A stretch of DNA of 63,086 nt, counting the filler, from an uncultured Candidatus Sumerlaeota bacterium (GTDB lineage: Bacteria; CAYMEV01): assembly GCA_964389675.1 (NCBI GenBank). It is 4 parts of 4 records of this genome, joined end to end, with 100 filler letters (N's around TTAATTAATTAA, not from the genome) between each part and the next. Parts side by side here need not be neighbours in the genome. Positions count along the whole stretch, not along the records: positions 1 to 27,216 come from CAYMEV010000006.1; 3 more parts are not named here. One strand, written 5' to 3'. This document shows positions 1 to 10,026 of this stretch, piece after piece. Position 1 is the stretch's first letter, and each line of letters begins with the position of its first letter. The notes beneath the pieces are model-generated. The model was not told the origin of the DNA, did not search any database, and saw only the letters and a list, made by a program, of their open reading frames with translations. A program made the position numbers and the translations under genes.

Positions 1-55
1 TCGGTGTCATGTGTCCTAATATTGAAAAATATCTTTGCTATAAGAGATTTTTAGG
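1..55. mobile_element. End of a multicopy insertion sequence (terminal repeat CCTAAAAATCTCTTATA read inward; IS1380-like by its CCT end)
   Basis: Bases 1-55 are identical to 34962-35016, and TATAAGAGATTTTTAGG is also at 59755-59771. All three lie at contig starts. The family is inferred only from the CCT terminus. Confidence 0.65.
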
Positions 56-226
56 AACTAAGGTATTTAGCATTGGAATAGGTTCTTATACTATAATTAT
101 TTTTGGAAAATAATGTAATAATACAGTGAAAAGAGACTATCATCTTAATTATTTTAAAATAATTGGCTCTTAGTGTCAAGCGATTTTGTATATTACTTGT
201 AAAATATTTTTAAATAATATTAAATT

Positions 227-1006
227 ATGATTATGGAACCAAACAAATTTTATTTCAAAAAGGCTCTTGGGCAGAATTTTTTAACAGACAAAAACATTAT
301 AAGAAAGATTGCAGGAATCATTAATGATTTAAATCCCGGCAGAATATTTGAAATAGGCCCTGGCAGGGGAGATATTGCAATGCTTTTTGAGGACAGGATA
401 GATCTGGTGCTGATAGAAAAGGATGAAAGGCTTATAGATGATCTCAGAAAAAAACTGAAATCAGCTGAGATTATTAACTCTGATATCAGGGATATCCATC
501 TGGAGGATTATTCAGTCTCTGATAATGACCTTCTTTTTTCCAACCTTCCCTATTCCTCCTCAACTTCAATCCTTCAGCATCTTCTTTCAGCTCAGCCACC
601 ATTTGGAAATTATCTGCTGATGTTCCAGAAGGAGGTTGCAGAAAGGATCAGGGCTGATGCAAACGACAGGGATTACGGATATATTTCCATTTTCACCAGT
701 CTTTTCTGCAGTATCAGAAAGCTTTTCACACTTCCTCCCTCAGTATTTTTCCCAAGGCCAAAAGTATTTTCTGAGCTTCTGCTTCTAACCCCCCATAAAA
801 AAAGGTACTTCAGCACCAGAAGAGATATTGAAAGGTTCTGCACCTTCATTAAAACAGCATTTTCTAAAAAGAGAAAAAAGCTAAAATCCAATCTGTGTCC
901 ATTTTACCATTTTTGCGGGGATATCAGCGGATTAGTTGATCTTCGCCCTCACCAGCTTTCAATGGAGGAGTATATTGAGCTGTTCAATCGATTGCAAGAT
1001 CAATGA
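227..1006 (+). CDS. rsmA: 16S rRNA m6,2A1518/1519 dimethyltransferase (KsgA)
   Basis: KKALGQNFL, EIGPGRG, SNLPY, MFQKEVAERI, FFPRPKV motifs. Confidence 0.95.
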   Translation: MIMEPNKFYFKKALGQNFLTDKNIIRKIAGIINDLNPGRIFEIGPGRGDIAMLFEDRIDLVLIEKDERLIDDLRKKLKSAEIINSDIRDIHLEDYSVSDNDLLFSNLPYSSSTSILQHLLSAQPPFGNYLLMFQKEVAERIRADANDRDYGYISIFTSLFCSIRKLFTLPPSVFFPRPKVFSELLLLTPHKKRYFSTRRDIERFCTFIKTAFSKKRKKLKSNLCPFYHFCGDISGLVDLRPHQLSMEEYIELFNRLQDQ

Positions 1007-2042
1007 GCCGGTCAAGCAGCCTGTGATAATCTATACCTGTAATCTCCATGAGTTTTGGATACATGCTTATTTTTGTAAAACCAGGGATTGTATTCAATTC
1101 ATTTACAAATAAGGTACCGTCTTCCCTTAAAAAGAAATCGACCCTTGCCATACCCTTGCAGCAGAGTGCCTGAAAAGCTTCCATGGCAAGCTCCCTTATC
1201 CTCTCTGCAACCGATACATCAAGTAAGGCTGGATAGGAAAGGACAGCACCATCAGGATCGATATACTTGGCATTATAGCTGTAGAATTCGTCATTTGCAA
1301 TTATTTCCCCGGGGACTGATGCAATAAGGGTGGTGTTCCCAAGGACAGAACATTCTATTTCCCTGCCGGATATCCCCTCCTCGATGATTATCTTCTCATC
1401 ATAATTGAATGCTGTTATCAATGCATTGCTGAAATTCGCCTCTGAACTCACCTTGCTTATGCCGACAGAGCTCCCGAGGCTGGCAGGCTTTATGAAAAAA
1501 GGCACGCCCAGTTTCGCGCTTATGCCATCGTATTTTATCAATCTTTCCTGTTCTTTTGTATAGTATAGGAAAGAGGGTGTAGGGATTCCTGCATGCTGAA
1601 GGAGTTTTTTTGTAATGACCTTATCCATGCATATTGCTGAACCCAGGACATCACATCCAACAAATGGCACTCCCATCATCTTAAACAATCCCTGAACAGT
1701 GCCATCCTCGCCATACGGCCCGTGAAGAACCGGGAAAACCACATCAACAGGCTCCAGAAGCTTCTTATCATGCAGGTCATAGATCAGCAGCTTATTGATA
1801 TCAGGAACCAGAGCTGCTTTGTGAACGTTCTCTTTCAGGCTTATTGAATCAGGATCATCAGGGTTTTCAAGATAATCCTCTCCATGGATGAACCATTGCC
1901 CCTTTATATCTATGCCTATCCTTGTTATATCGTATCTGCCCCTGTCCAGATTCTCTAATACGCTCCTGGATGATAAAAGGGATATTCTGTGTTCGGCGGA
2001 TTTTCCCCCGAATATCACTGCCACCCTTATCTTTCTTTTCAC
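984..2042 (-). CDS. ddl: D-alanine--D-alanine ligase
   Basis: FGGKSAEH, PVLHGPYGEDG, GSSVG, FYSYNAKY (Tyr omega loop), NELNTIPGFT..SMYP. Confidence 0.95.
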   Translation of the reverse strand: MKRKIRVAVIFGGKSAEHRISLLSSRSVLENLDRGRYDITRIGIDIKGQWFIHGEDYLENPDDPDSISLKENVHKAALVPDINKLLIYDLHDKKLLEPVDVVFPVLHGPYGEDGTVQGLFKMMGVPFVGCDVLGSAICMDKVITKKLLQHAGIPTPSFLYYTKEQERLIKYDGISAKLGVPFFIKPASLGSSVGISKVSSEANFSNALITAFNYDEKIIIEEGISGREIECSVLGNTTLIASVPGEIIANDEFYSYNAKYIDPDGAVLSYPALLDVSVAERIRELAMEAFQALCCKGMARVDFFLREDGTLFVNELNTIPGFTKISMYPKLMEITGIDYHRLLDRLIDLAID

Positions 2043-2053
2043 AAAAGGCTCCT

Positions 2054-3088
2054 TTATGTAAATATTTCCGTAACCTTTTTCAATTCTTCCATCTGTTCTT
2101 TATTTATTATAAGCGTTCTATTGCCTGCCCTTACGACAACCAGGTCATTCACGCCAAGCATCACGATCTCCTGGCCTTTGTCAGAGCTGTATACAATATT
2201 GCCTGATGAATTATGAAGATGAGGTTTATGGTTAAAATAGTTGCCTGATTTATCACAATTGAGAAAATCCTTAAGTGATATCCAGCCTCCCATGTCATTC
2301 CATGAAAAGGATGCCGGAAGAGTATATATGTTACTCAGCTTCTCCATGACTGCATAATCTATGCTTATCTTTGGCAGGTCATAGAGGATCCTGCCCAGTT
2401 CTGACAAAGAATCGCCGCTTTCAAATACTGACCTCAATTCATCATGTGAAGGCAAAAACCGGCTGATGTATTCAGCCATGGTTTTTGCCCTGAATATAAA
2501 AATTCCGCTGTTCCATAAATAATTGCCGCTTTCAATATAGAGCCTGGCCTTTGCAATATCGGGCTTCTCCCTGAAAGAGCTGACCCGGTACAGCAGATCC
2601 CGGGATACTTTGCCTGCAAGCTCAAGGTAACCATAGCCTGTCGCAGGGTATGAAGGCTTTATGCCTATTGTAAATACTGCTTCTTTGGTATCCAGGTGAT
2701 TAAATATTGTCCGCAGGTCATTGTAAAAATCCCCTGGACTCTCAATAATATGATCAGAAGGCATTATAACGCATACAGGATCCTCTTCTGCCTTAAGGCT
2801 GTAATAGACTGCAATAGCAACAGAGGCGGCAGTGTCTCTGGGATATTTCTCGCCTATGATATTTCCGGGTCTGATTCGGTAATTATTCTTTATATATTCA
2901 ATATATGATTCTCTTGTAAGGACATATATATCATTCCTGTTAAAATGCGCTTCTATTCTGTCCAATGTCATTTCCATGAGGCTTTTACCATTGAATATTG
3001 GAAGGAATTGCTTCGGCATATCTTTGGTGCTGAGCGGCCAGAACCTTGTTCCGGCTCCCCCGGCCATTACAAAAAACAGAGGCTTCAC
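2054..3088 (-). CDS. manC: Mannose-1-phosphate guanylyltransferase
   Basis: MAGGAGTRFWPLS..PKQF, PSDH, TGYGY, FREKP, WNSGIF, SIDYAVME, WNDMG. Confidence 0.92.
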   Translation of the reverse strand: MKPLFFVMAGGAGTRFWPLSTKDMPKQFLPIFNGKSLMEMTLDRIEAHFNRNDIYVLTRESYIEYIKNNYRIRPGNIIGEKYPRDTAASVAIAVYYSLKAEEDPVCVIMPSDHIIESPGDFYNDLRTIFNHLDTKEAVFTIGIKPSYPATGYGYLELAGKVSRDLLYRVSSFREKPDIAKARLYIESGNYLWNSGIFIFRAKTMAEYISRFLPSHDELRSVFESGDSLSELGRILYDLPKISIDYAVMEKLSNIYTLPASFSWNDMGGWISLKDFLNCDKSGNYFNHKPHLHNSSGNIVYSSDKGQEIVMLGVNDLVVVRAGNRTLIINKEQMEELKKVTEIFT

Positions 3089-3089
3089 A

Positions 3090-3443
3090 TCAGCACCTGC
3101 CTATGCGGTTAAAATCATCATGAAGACGCACTATATCATCTTCTTCAAGGTATAGGCCTGTCTGTACTTCTATGAATGTAAGAATAGATTCCCTGTCTGT
3201 ATTATGAATACGGTGATTCTGTTCTTTAGGTATATCAAGCGAATCCCCCCTCTTTACCAGAATCTCATCCTCTCCTATGGTTGCGATACCTGACCCTTCC
3301 ACTACAAACCAGTGTTCATTTCGATGTTCATGGTACTGAAGGCTTATCCTTTTTTCAGGTTTTATCCTGATCCTTTTAACCTTATAGTTTGAATTCTCAT
3401 ATAACACTTCATAGCTTCCCCATGGTGTTTCTACTTCTTTCAT
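3090..3443 (-). CDS. Stand-alone mannose-6-phosphate isomerase type II C-terminal cupin
   Basis: PWGSY, ISLQYHEHRNEHW, IEVQTG.YLEEDDIVR; adjacent to manC. Confidence 0.88.
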   Translation of the reverse strand: MKEVETPWGSYEVLYENSNYKVKRIRIKPEKRISLQYHEHRNEHWFVVEGSGIATIGEDEILVKRGDSLDIPKEQNHRIHNTDRESILTFIEVQTGLYLEEDDIVRLHDDFNRIGRC

Positions 3444-3459
3444 ATCATTACCCTCTCTA

Positions 3460-4329
3460 TCAAATGAAAATTAATCCTAGGTATTGATCATGCCCATTAT
3501 ATAACAAAAGGAAATAGAGTGAAGAAATAATACCAGCTAAAATGCAATAAACAGAAAAGAATATCAATTTATCTTTCTCGAGCATTTTCCGAAAAAGTTT
3601 AAGCGCAAAAATACCTGACAGGGCTGCAGAAAGGGCTCCGGCAATATATGGAATAATCAGTTCCGGATTTATCCCTGCAGAGATTACATTCCTCATTTCC
3701 AGTATAACAGCACCCAGTATTGCAGGTATTGATAGCAGAAAAGAAAACCTGAATGCTGTATCTTTCCCCATTCCCCTCAGAAGAGAGCCTGCAACAGTAG
3801 CACCGCTTCTGGATATACCTGGAATTACTGCAATTCCCTGGCATGCTCCCACCAGGATGCTGTCAAATACCCTTATCCTGTCAATGTTTTTTGATCCAAT
3901 TTTTAATTTTGAAGCAACCATCAGGATAATTCCTGTGACTATCAGCATAAGACCAATAAGAACAGGCCTGCTGTAGAATGATTTGAAAAACCCCTTAAAG
4001 GGAATTACTATTACAGCTGTTGTTATGGTGGAGCAGATAAGCATCAGCAAAAGATGCTGAAAGATATTTGATTTTTCTCCTCCTTTACTACCCATTAATC
4101 TCGAAGGCAGGGAAAAAAGACCGGCAGTCAGGCCAAGTATATCTTTGTGAAAAACATAAAATACAGCAAACAGGGACCCGAAATGAACAAATACTTCAAA
4201 TGCAACACCTGATTCTTTTACATTAAAAAGATACTGGGCAATGACGATATGGCCTGAACTGCTTACCGGCAAAAATTCAGTCAGGCCCTGAATTATGCCA
4301 ATTATTATCGCCTGAATGACTGACATCAA
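3460..4329 (-). CDS. uppP: Undecaprenyl-diphosphate phosphatase
   Basis: QGLTEFLPVSSSGH and PGISRSGAT signature motifs; hydrophobic. Confidence 0.95.
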   Translation of the reverse strand: MMSVIQAIIIGIIQGLTEFLPVSSSGHIVIAQYLFNVKESGVAFEVFVHFGSLFAVFYVFHKDILGLTAGLFSLPSRLMGSKGGEKSNIFQHLLLMLICSTITTAVIVIPFKGFFKSFYSRPVLIGLMLIVTGIILMVASKLKIGSKNIDRIRVFDSILVGACQGIAVIPGISRSGATVAGSLLRGMGKDTAFRFSFLLSIPAILGAVILEMRNVISAGINPELIIPYIAGALSAALSGIFALKLFRKMLEKDKLIFFSVYCILAGIISSLYFLLLYNGHDQYLGLIFI

Positions 4330-5258
4330 ACTGCACCAAACCTTTCTTCATTTCTATACAGGATCTTCATCCTGTCATCGCGTTCTTTCTGAACAATCAT
4401 CAATACATCCCTTTCTTTATCTCCAATGATAAAAAACTCGCTATCTCTCCCATAGCAAGGCAAACCGCTGCCTGCAGAAGACAGATTATCAGGCAATACT
4501 ATCCTTTCTGCACTGCCGGGCCTTCCTTCTTTAAGGTCTGCATGGCTTGTACAGCACGGGTAAAGGACTTCGCTTACATGCCTTATATGATCCATAAAAG
4601 CCCCCTCTTTGATATTAGCCTGATTGCACGCGCCTGTTACATTAAAATCGCCTATGGATATCCGCCTGAGCTCTTTCATTATGCAGCCGTACCCGCTAAT
4701 ATCACCAATATCCCTCGCAATGCTTCTGATATAAGTCCCCTTTGAAACTTCAAATTCAAGTTCAGCAATAAAACCGCTGACTTTCAGGACCTGGGATCTG
4801 TATATCATGTTTCTTGTCTCCTCAAGCGCTACTTTTATATTTTTCCTTGCATAGTAATATGCAGGCTTCCCTTTTATTTTTTTTGCTGAGTACTCCGGAG
4901 GTCTGGTCTGGTATACTCCCTCGAAGCCTTTCAGCATCTCCTTCAGGTCATCTGCTGACAGGCAGATTCTCCCTGAATACCTTTTTTTTATCTCACCCTG
5001 TACATCATGAGTATCAGTTTCAAGGCCAAACTGGAAGACTGCCCTGTAGGTTTTTGGAAAACAGTGGAATAGATCAGAGATCTTTGTGGCTTTGCCAAGC
5101 AGTATAATAACAAGCCCTGTTGCTATAGGATCAAGCGTTCCTGTGTGCCCTGCCTTGATTTTTCCCTTGATCTGCTTTTTTACCTGCCGAATAATATCAA
5201 AGGTAGTGCATCCGGACTCTTTGTCGACAAAGAGAATACCATTCAGACTATCTGGCAT
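4326..5258 (-). CDS. truB: tRNA pseudouridine(55) synthase
   Basis: GHTGTLDPIATG, PPEYSAKK, SKGTYIRSIARDIG; follows rbfA. Confidence 0.93.
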   Translation of the reverse strand: MPDSLNGILFVDKESGCTTFDIIRQVKKQIKGKIKAGHTGTLDPIATGLVIILLGKATKISDLFHCFPKTYRAVFQFGLETDTHDVQGEIKKRYSGRICLSADDLKEMLKGFEGVYQTRPPEYSAKKIKGKPAYYYARKNIKVALEETRNMIYRSQVLKVSGFIAELEFEVSKGTYIRSIARDIGDISGYGCIMKELRRISIGDFNVTGACNQANIKEGAFMDHIRHVSEVLYPCCTSHADLKEGRPGSAERIVLPDNLSSAGSGLPCYGRDSEFFIIGDKERDVLMIVQKERDDRMKILYRNEERFGAV

Positions 5259-5616
5259 CCTTGTCAGCGATTTCCTTCAAAATCTTTTCAATCTTCTCGA
5301 TCTTGTCCAGAGAATCATCAAAGATAAATATGAGTTCGGGAGAGACCCTCCATCTCAATGCTTTTCCCAATGTGCTTCTGATGAAGCCCTTGGCTTTTTC
5401 AAGTCCCCTGCCTGCCTGGATCATGGTATCCTGGTATGTATCATCATATTTAGATGTAATCGAGTAATAAACCTTTACAACAGATTTATCAGGCGAAACA
5501 TCAACTTTTGTAAAGAAGAGGCCTTCCAGCCTGGGATCTTTAATAACCTTTGTGAACAGCAGTTCAGATAATAAAGAGCGAACCCTTTCGGAAGCCCTTT
5601 TATTCCCATACATCAT
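5248..5616 (-). CDS. rbfA: 30S ribosome-binding factor A
   Basis: KDPRL, VSPD, PELIFIFDDS; located between infB and truB. Confidence 0.9.
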   Translation of the reverse strand: MMYGNKRASERVRSLLSELLFTKVIKDPRLEGLFFTKVDVSPDKSVVKVYYSITSKYDDTYQDTMIQAGRGLEKAKGFIRSTLGKALRWRVSPELIFIFDDSLDKIEKIEKILKEIADKDAR

Positions 5617-5630
5617 ATTCTCCCGTAATT

Positions 5631-7733
5631 CTAAAGTTCCTGCTTCTTTTCGATAGTATCATAGCTTTCGATAATATCACCCTCCTTGATATCCTGAAAG
5701 CTCTCAATAGCAAGACCGCATTCATACCCCTGAACTACCTCTTTTGCATCATCCTTGAACCTTTTCAGTGAGGAAAGCCTGCCTTCATAAATCTGTATAT
5801 TTTCTCTGAGTATCTTTACAAGGCTATTACGGGTAATCTTGCCGTCAAGCACATAACATCCTGCAATCTTTCCAATCTTGGGAAGTTTATAAATCTTCCT
5901 TATCTCAGTTGTCCCCTGATAAACCTTTTCAATTATTGGTTCAAGCAGACCTGACATAGCCGCCCTGACTTCATTTATGAGCTCATATATAATATTGTAT
6001 ATCTGAACGGAAACGCCTTCCCTTTCTGCAGCTTTTCTTGCATTTATATCCATTCGGTTATTGAACCCGACAACAACAGCATCTGATGCCTGGGCCAGAA
6101 TTATATCATTTTCAGTTATGGGCCCTACTCCTGTTGATATAATATTTATCTCAACCTTCTCGGTGGAAAGCTTCTTCAAAGAATCCTGTATAGCCTGAAC
6201 AGAACCCTGAACATCACATTTAAGAACAATATTCAAATACTTCAGTTTGCCTTTATTGATCTCATCAAAAAGGCTTTCAAGTGATATTCTCACCGGCTTT
6301 TTGAAACTGGCTTCCCTGAGCTTTGAACATCTCTGGTCAGCAATGTTTTTTGAGAGCTTTTCGCTCTCAACTACAGTAAATGTATCACCAGGCTGGCATA
6401 CTCCGCTAAAACCCAGTATCTCAACAGGTATTGAAGGTCCTACGCAGTCATATCTTTCCCCCCTGCTTCCTGTCATGGCTTTAACCCTGCCGCAGTTGAC
6501 ACCAGCCACAAAAGGATCTCCTATATGAAGGGTCCCTTCCTGTACCAGGACTGTGGCGACAGGCCCTCTTTTCGGATCCATCTTGCTCTCAACTACGATA
6601 CCCTTTGCTGGGGCATCAGCAATTGCTTTAAGCTCCATCATTTCTGACTGAAGCAGTATCATTTCAAGCAGTTCGTCAATTCCCTCGCCTGTAATTGCGA
6701 CTACAGGTACAAAAATATTATCTCCTCCCCATTCTTCGGGTAATACACCATAATTGGAAAGCTCTTTTTTTACGCTGTCAATATTGGCCCCTGCTTTGTC
6801 CATTTTATTCACAGCTACAATTATTGGCACATTAGCTGCTTTGGAATGATTTATGGCTTCAATGGTCTGAGGCTTTACGCCCTCATCGCCAGCAACAACC
6901 AGAACAACTATATCAGTTGCCTGAGCTCCTCTTGCCCTCATGCTTGTAAACGCCTCATGGCCGGGTGTATCGAGAAAAGCAATCTTTTTATCACCTACAG
7001 GAACATAATAAGCACCTATATGCTGAGTAATCCCGCCTTTTTCTCCCTGAACAATACTTGATTTCCTGATAAAATCCAAAAGCGATGTTTTGCCATGATC
7101 GACATGGCCCATTATAGTAACAACCGGGGGCCTTGGCAGCAGTGCGCCTTTTGGTGCTTCTCCGCTGCATGCAGCTGACTCAGCCTGCTCGCTCTTTCTG
7201 AACGCTTCATATCCATATTCGCTTGCAATGTTCTTGGCAATATCGAAATCCAGGACATAGTTTATATTTGCAGGGATACCCTTTTTTATAAGCTCTTTCA
7301 GTATTCCTGCAGGAGATTCCTTAATAATTTCTGCAAACTCCTTAACAGTAAGTGCTTCATCAAGATAGATCTCTCCTTCTTCACCCGCTTTTTCCTCTTC
7401 TTCTTCAATCATGACATCATCAGCAGGCTCGACATCTCCTCTGCCTTTCCGCTTCTTTCTTTTGGATTTCTTCCCGGCTTGAGCATATTCTGCAGAAGCT
7501 TTTGCTTTTCTTTCTGCAGTACTCTTTTCTTTTGAAGCCGGCCCGGGTTCCTTTTCCTTCTTCTGTTCGGCTTTTTCAAGTTCGAAGGCTTCTTTCAGCA
7601 TGCTGACGGTCTGAGGATCTAAGGACACCATGTGATTATTTGCTATAAAACCTAATTCTTTAAGCTTATCGATAATGACTGTGCTTTTGATGTTCATTAC
7701 TTTTGCAAGTTCATAAATTCTTGTTTTCCCCAT
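5631..7733 (-). CDS. infB: Translation initiation factor IF-2
   Basis: MGHVDHGKT, GGITQHIGAY, DTPGHEAF, NKMD, SLKRFKDD. Likely start MGKTRIYELAK at 7733, next to the nusA stop. Confidence 0.97.
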   Translation of the reverse strand: MGKTRIYELAKVMNIKSTVIIDKLKELGFIANNHMVSLDPQTVSMLKEAFELEKAEQKKEKEPGPASKEKSTAERKAKASAEYAQAGKKSKRKKRKGRGDVEPADDVMIEEEEEKAGEEGEIYLDEALTVKEFAEIIKESPAGILKELIKKGIPANINYVLDFDIAKNIASEYGYEAFRKSEQAESAACSGEAPKGALLPRPPVVTIMGHVDHGKTSLLDFIRKSSIVQGEKGGITQHIGAYYVPVGDKKIAFLDTPGHEAFTSMRARGAQATDIVVLVVAGDEGVKPQTIEAINHSKAANVPIIVAVNKMDKAGANIDSVKKELSNYGVLPEEWGGDNIFVPVVAITGEGIDELLEMILLQSEMMELKAIADAPAKGIVVESKMDPKRGPVATVLVQEGTLHIGDPFVAGVNCGRVKAMTGSRGERYDCVGPSIPVEILGFSGVCQPGDTFTVVESEKLSKNIADQRCSKLREASFKKPVRISLESLFDEINKGKLKYLNIVLKCDVQGSVQAIQDSLKKLSTEKVEINIISTGVGPITENDIILAQASDAVVVGFNNRMDINARKAAEREGVSVQIYNIIYELINEVRAAMSGLLEPIIEKVYQGTTEIRKIYKLPKIGKIAGCYVLDGKITRNSLVKILRENIQIYEGRLSSLKRFKDDAKEVVQGYECGLAIESFQDIKEGDIIESYDTIEKKQEL

Positions 7734-7734
7734 A

Positions 7735-8991
7735 TCAATTCTCCTCTTCTGTGCTGAAATGGCCAAGAATTTTCTCTGCGATCCTGTCAGTGATTCCCCT
7801 GATCTTTATCAAATCTTCCTTAGTTGCATTTCTAAGGGAATTATAGGTATACCCTGCCTTGACCATGGAAGCTGCCAGTTTTTCATTGATTCCCTTGATG
7901 TTCTGAATCTCTTTTATTTCATTCTTTTCAGAGAAAAACCGTTTCATTTCCTTCTTTTTCTTATCACTCTCAGAAATGATATCAATCCTCTTTTTTACAA
8001 GCTTAGCAGCAAGCTTTACATTTTTGCCGCCCTTTCCAATAGCCAGGGAGAGCTGTTTATCCGCGACAACAACCTCATATACTGAATCAGGCTCTATTTC
8101 ATTTATAGAGATTATTGTAGCAGGGGATATGGCATTCTTAATAAATTCCTTTATATCTTCAGAATACTGAACAATATCTATTTTTTCTCCCCCTACTTCT
8201 TTTTTCACACTCTGGATCCTTACGCCTCTCATCCCAACGCAGGCACCTACACTGTCAATCCTTGGATCATTGCTCTTAACAGCTATTTTGGCCCTATTAC
8301 CAGCATCTCTAACTGTATTAATTATTTCTATTATTCCATCCTGAATCTCCGGAACCTCCAGCTCTATCAGCCTGGCTAAAAATTCTGGGTTTGTTCTTGA
8401 TAAAAATATTTCAACCTCTTTTTTATCATGACGTACTGCAACAATATTTGCCTTGACTATATCGCCTATTCTGAAATTTTCACCATAAACAGTATCTCTT
8501 TTGAGCATGATTGCCTCAATCTGGTCAAATTTAACTATATAGGCGTCATTTTCAATTCTATGAAGAGTTCCGGTTACATTTCTTTTCAGTTTTTCCTTAT
8601 ATATATCATAAAGACTATCCTTTTCAGCTTCGGAAATCTTCTGGTAAATAACCTGTTTGGCGATCTGGGCAGCAATTCTCCCGAATCTTTCCTTGTCAAT
8701 CGGTATATTAAGATATTCGCCAGCCTTTACAGTATCATCATAGGCCTTAGCTTCCTCCAGGGATATTTCAATCTGTTCATCAGGGTTTTCCTCAACAACC
8801 TTTTTCCTTGTGTAAAGATGAATATCCCCTTCCTCCCTGTCAATTTCAACAATCAGATCCTTATCCTTTCCATATGTTCTATAGGCAGCTTTTAATAAGG
8901 CATCCTCAAGTGCTTCGAAAAGGATCTCTCTTTTGATATTTTTATCATTTTCAATATAGTTTATTACCCTTATAAGCTCGCTTTTAATCAT
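7735..8991 (-). CDS. nusA: Transcription termination/antitermination factor NusA with C-terminal HhH extension
   Basis: FGRIAAQIAKQVI, EVPEI, GACVGMRG, LSLAIGKGGKNVKLA. Confidence 0.96.
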   Translation of the reverse strand: MIKSELIRVINYIENDKNIKREILFEALEDALLKAAYRTYGKDKDLIVEIDREEGDIHLYTRKKVVEENPDEQIEISLEEAKAYDDTVKAGEYLNIPIDKERFGRIAAQIAKQVIYQKISEAEKDSLYDIYKEKLKRNVTGTLHRIENDAYIVKFDQIEAIMLKRDTVYGENFRIGDIVKANIVAVRHDKKEVEIFLSRTNPEFLARLIELEVPEIQDGIIEIINTVRDAGNRAKIAVKSNDPRIDSVGACVGMRGVRIQSVKKEVGGEKIDIVQYSEDIKEFIKNAISPATIISINEIEPDSVYEVVVADKQLSLAIGKGGKNVKLAAKLVKKRIDIISESDKKKKEMKRFFSEKNEIKEIQNIKGINEKLAASMVKAGYTYNSLRNATKEDLIKIRGITDRIAEKILGHFSTEEEN

Positions 8992-9464
8992 CTCTTTGTC
9001 CTTTCCTCCATAACAAGCTGAATTTTCTTTATATTATCGTAATCTACGGAGAATATCCTGCCATCCTTATCTTCAATACTTACCAGGCAGTCTTTGATAG
9101 CTTTTATATAACCATCAAATGCTATATTTCCATCAATTTCCTTCCTTAAAGTAAACCTCGCAAGCTTGCCAGCATTCTTCTCTATTTCCCAGTCATGCTT
9201 CAAAACCCGTGTTAATCCGCATGAAGTAACCTCGAGGGCAAAATAGTTCAACGGTTCCTCTTCCTTAAACAGGTTTATAATCAGTCTGTGCACATTCATG
9301 CACTCCTCAACTGATACACCTGACTTCTTATCCAGAGTGACTATTATCTTTGGCATAGCAGCGCTTCCAGCTTCTTCCACAGAATACAGGACTACATCGC
9401 TACCAAGCACACCCTTTAGATATTCTTCAATCCTGACAACATATTCTTTCAAGCCTGTCTTCAT
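8988..9464 (-). CDS. rimP: Ribosome maturation factor RimP
   Basis: GVSVEEC, LEVTSCGLTR.L; first gene before nusA. Confidence 0.85.
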   Translation of the reverse strand: MKTGLKEYVVRIEEYLKGVLGSDVVLYSVEEAGSAAMPKIIVTLDKKSGVSVEECMNVHRLIINLFKEEEPLNYFALEVTSCGLTRVLKHDWEIEKNAGKLARFTLRKEIDGNIAFDGYIKAIKDCLVSIEDKDGRIFSVDYDNIKKIQLVMEERTKR

Positions 9465-9477
9465 TCCTTTTACTAAA

Positions 9478-9523
9478 TAAAAAAGTCACTTCTAGCCCTC
9501 CTTTTAGGGATATAAGAAGTGAC
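9478..9523 (-). promoter_or_regulatory. rimP-leader hairpin / attenuator-like terminator
   Basis: GTCACTTCT (9485-9493) pairs with AGAAGTGAC (9515-9523). On the minus strand the stem is followed by a U tract, just upstream of rimP. Confidence 0.65.
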
Positions 9524-9606
9524 CCCTCCTTTTTTAAGTAAACTTTGTCTTATTTAGAAATAAAGATAATATACTTTGAATAATTTGACAAGAAAAAAAA
9601 TTAATT

Positions 9607-9993
9607 TTAATCCTGCTTGATCCTGCCGGCTCTTTTCAGAAGTGCATTGACCCTTAGAACAAATTCTTCAGTATTAAAAGGCTTTGGGACATAATCATCA
9701 GCCCCGGCTTTGAAGCTCTCAATCCTTTCGTGCGGGGAATTATGGGCTGAAAGGATAATAAAGGGAATGTCCTTTGTGGAAGCCATCTGCCTGACAGTTT
9801 TACATAGCTGTCTTCCATTTATCTTGGGCATATCCAGATCCGAAATTATAAGGTCTGGGGTATTGCTTCTCAGGTATCTGATAGCATCGATTCCGTTTTT
9901 TTGTGTGCTGACCTCGTATCCTTCCGCTGAAAAAAGGTTCTGAACAAGGTTCAATAAAGCTTCATCATCATCTACTATCAGAATTTGCAGCAC
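9607..9993 (-). CDS. Single-domain response regulator (REC)
   Basis: ILIVDDD, DLDMP, ILSA, GADDYVPKPF. Confidence 0.9.
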   Translation of the reverse strand: MLQILIVDDDEALLNLVQNLFSAEGYEVSTQKNGIDAIRYLRSNTPDLIISDLDMPKINGRQLCKTVRQMASTKDIPFIILSAHNSPHERIESFKAGADDYVPKPFNTEEFVLRVNALLKRAGRIKQD

Positions 9994-10026
9994 TTTTACA
10001 CCCTTTTATTTATTATCCATATAATA

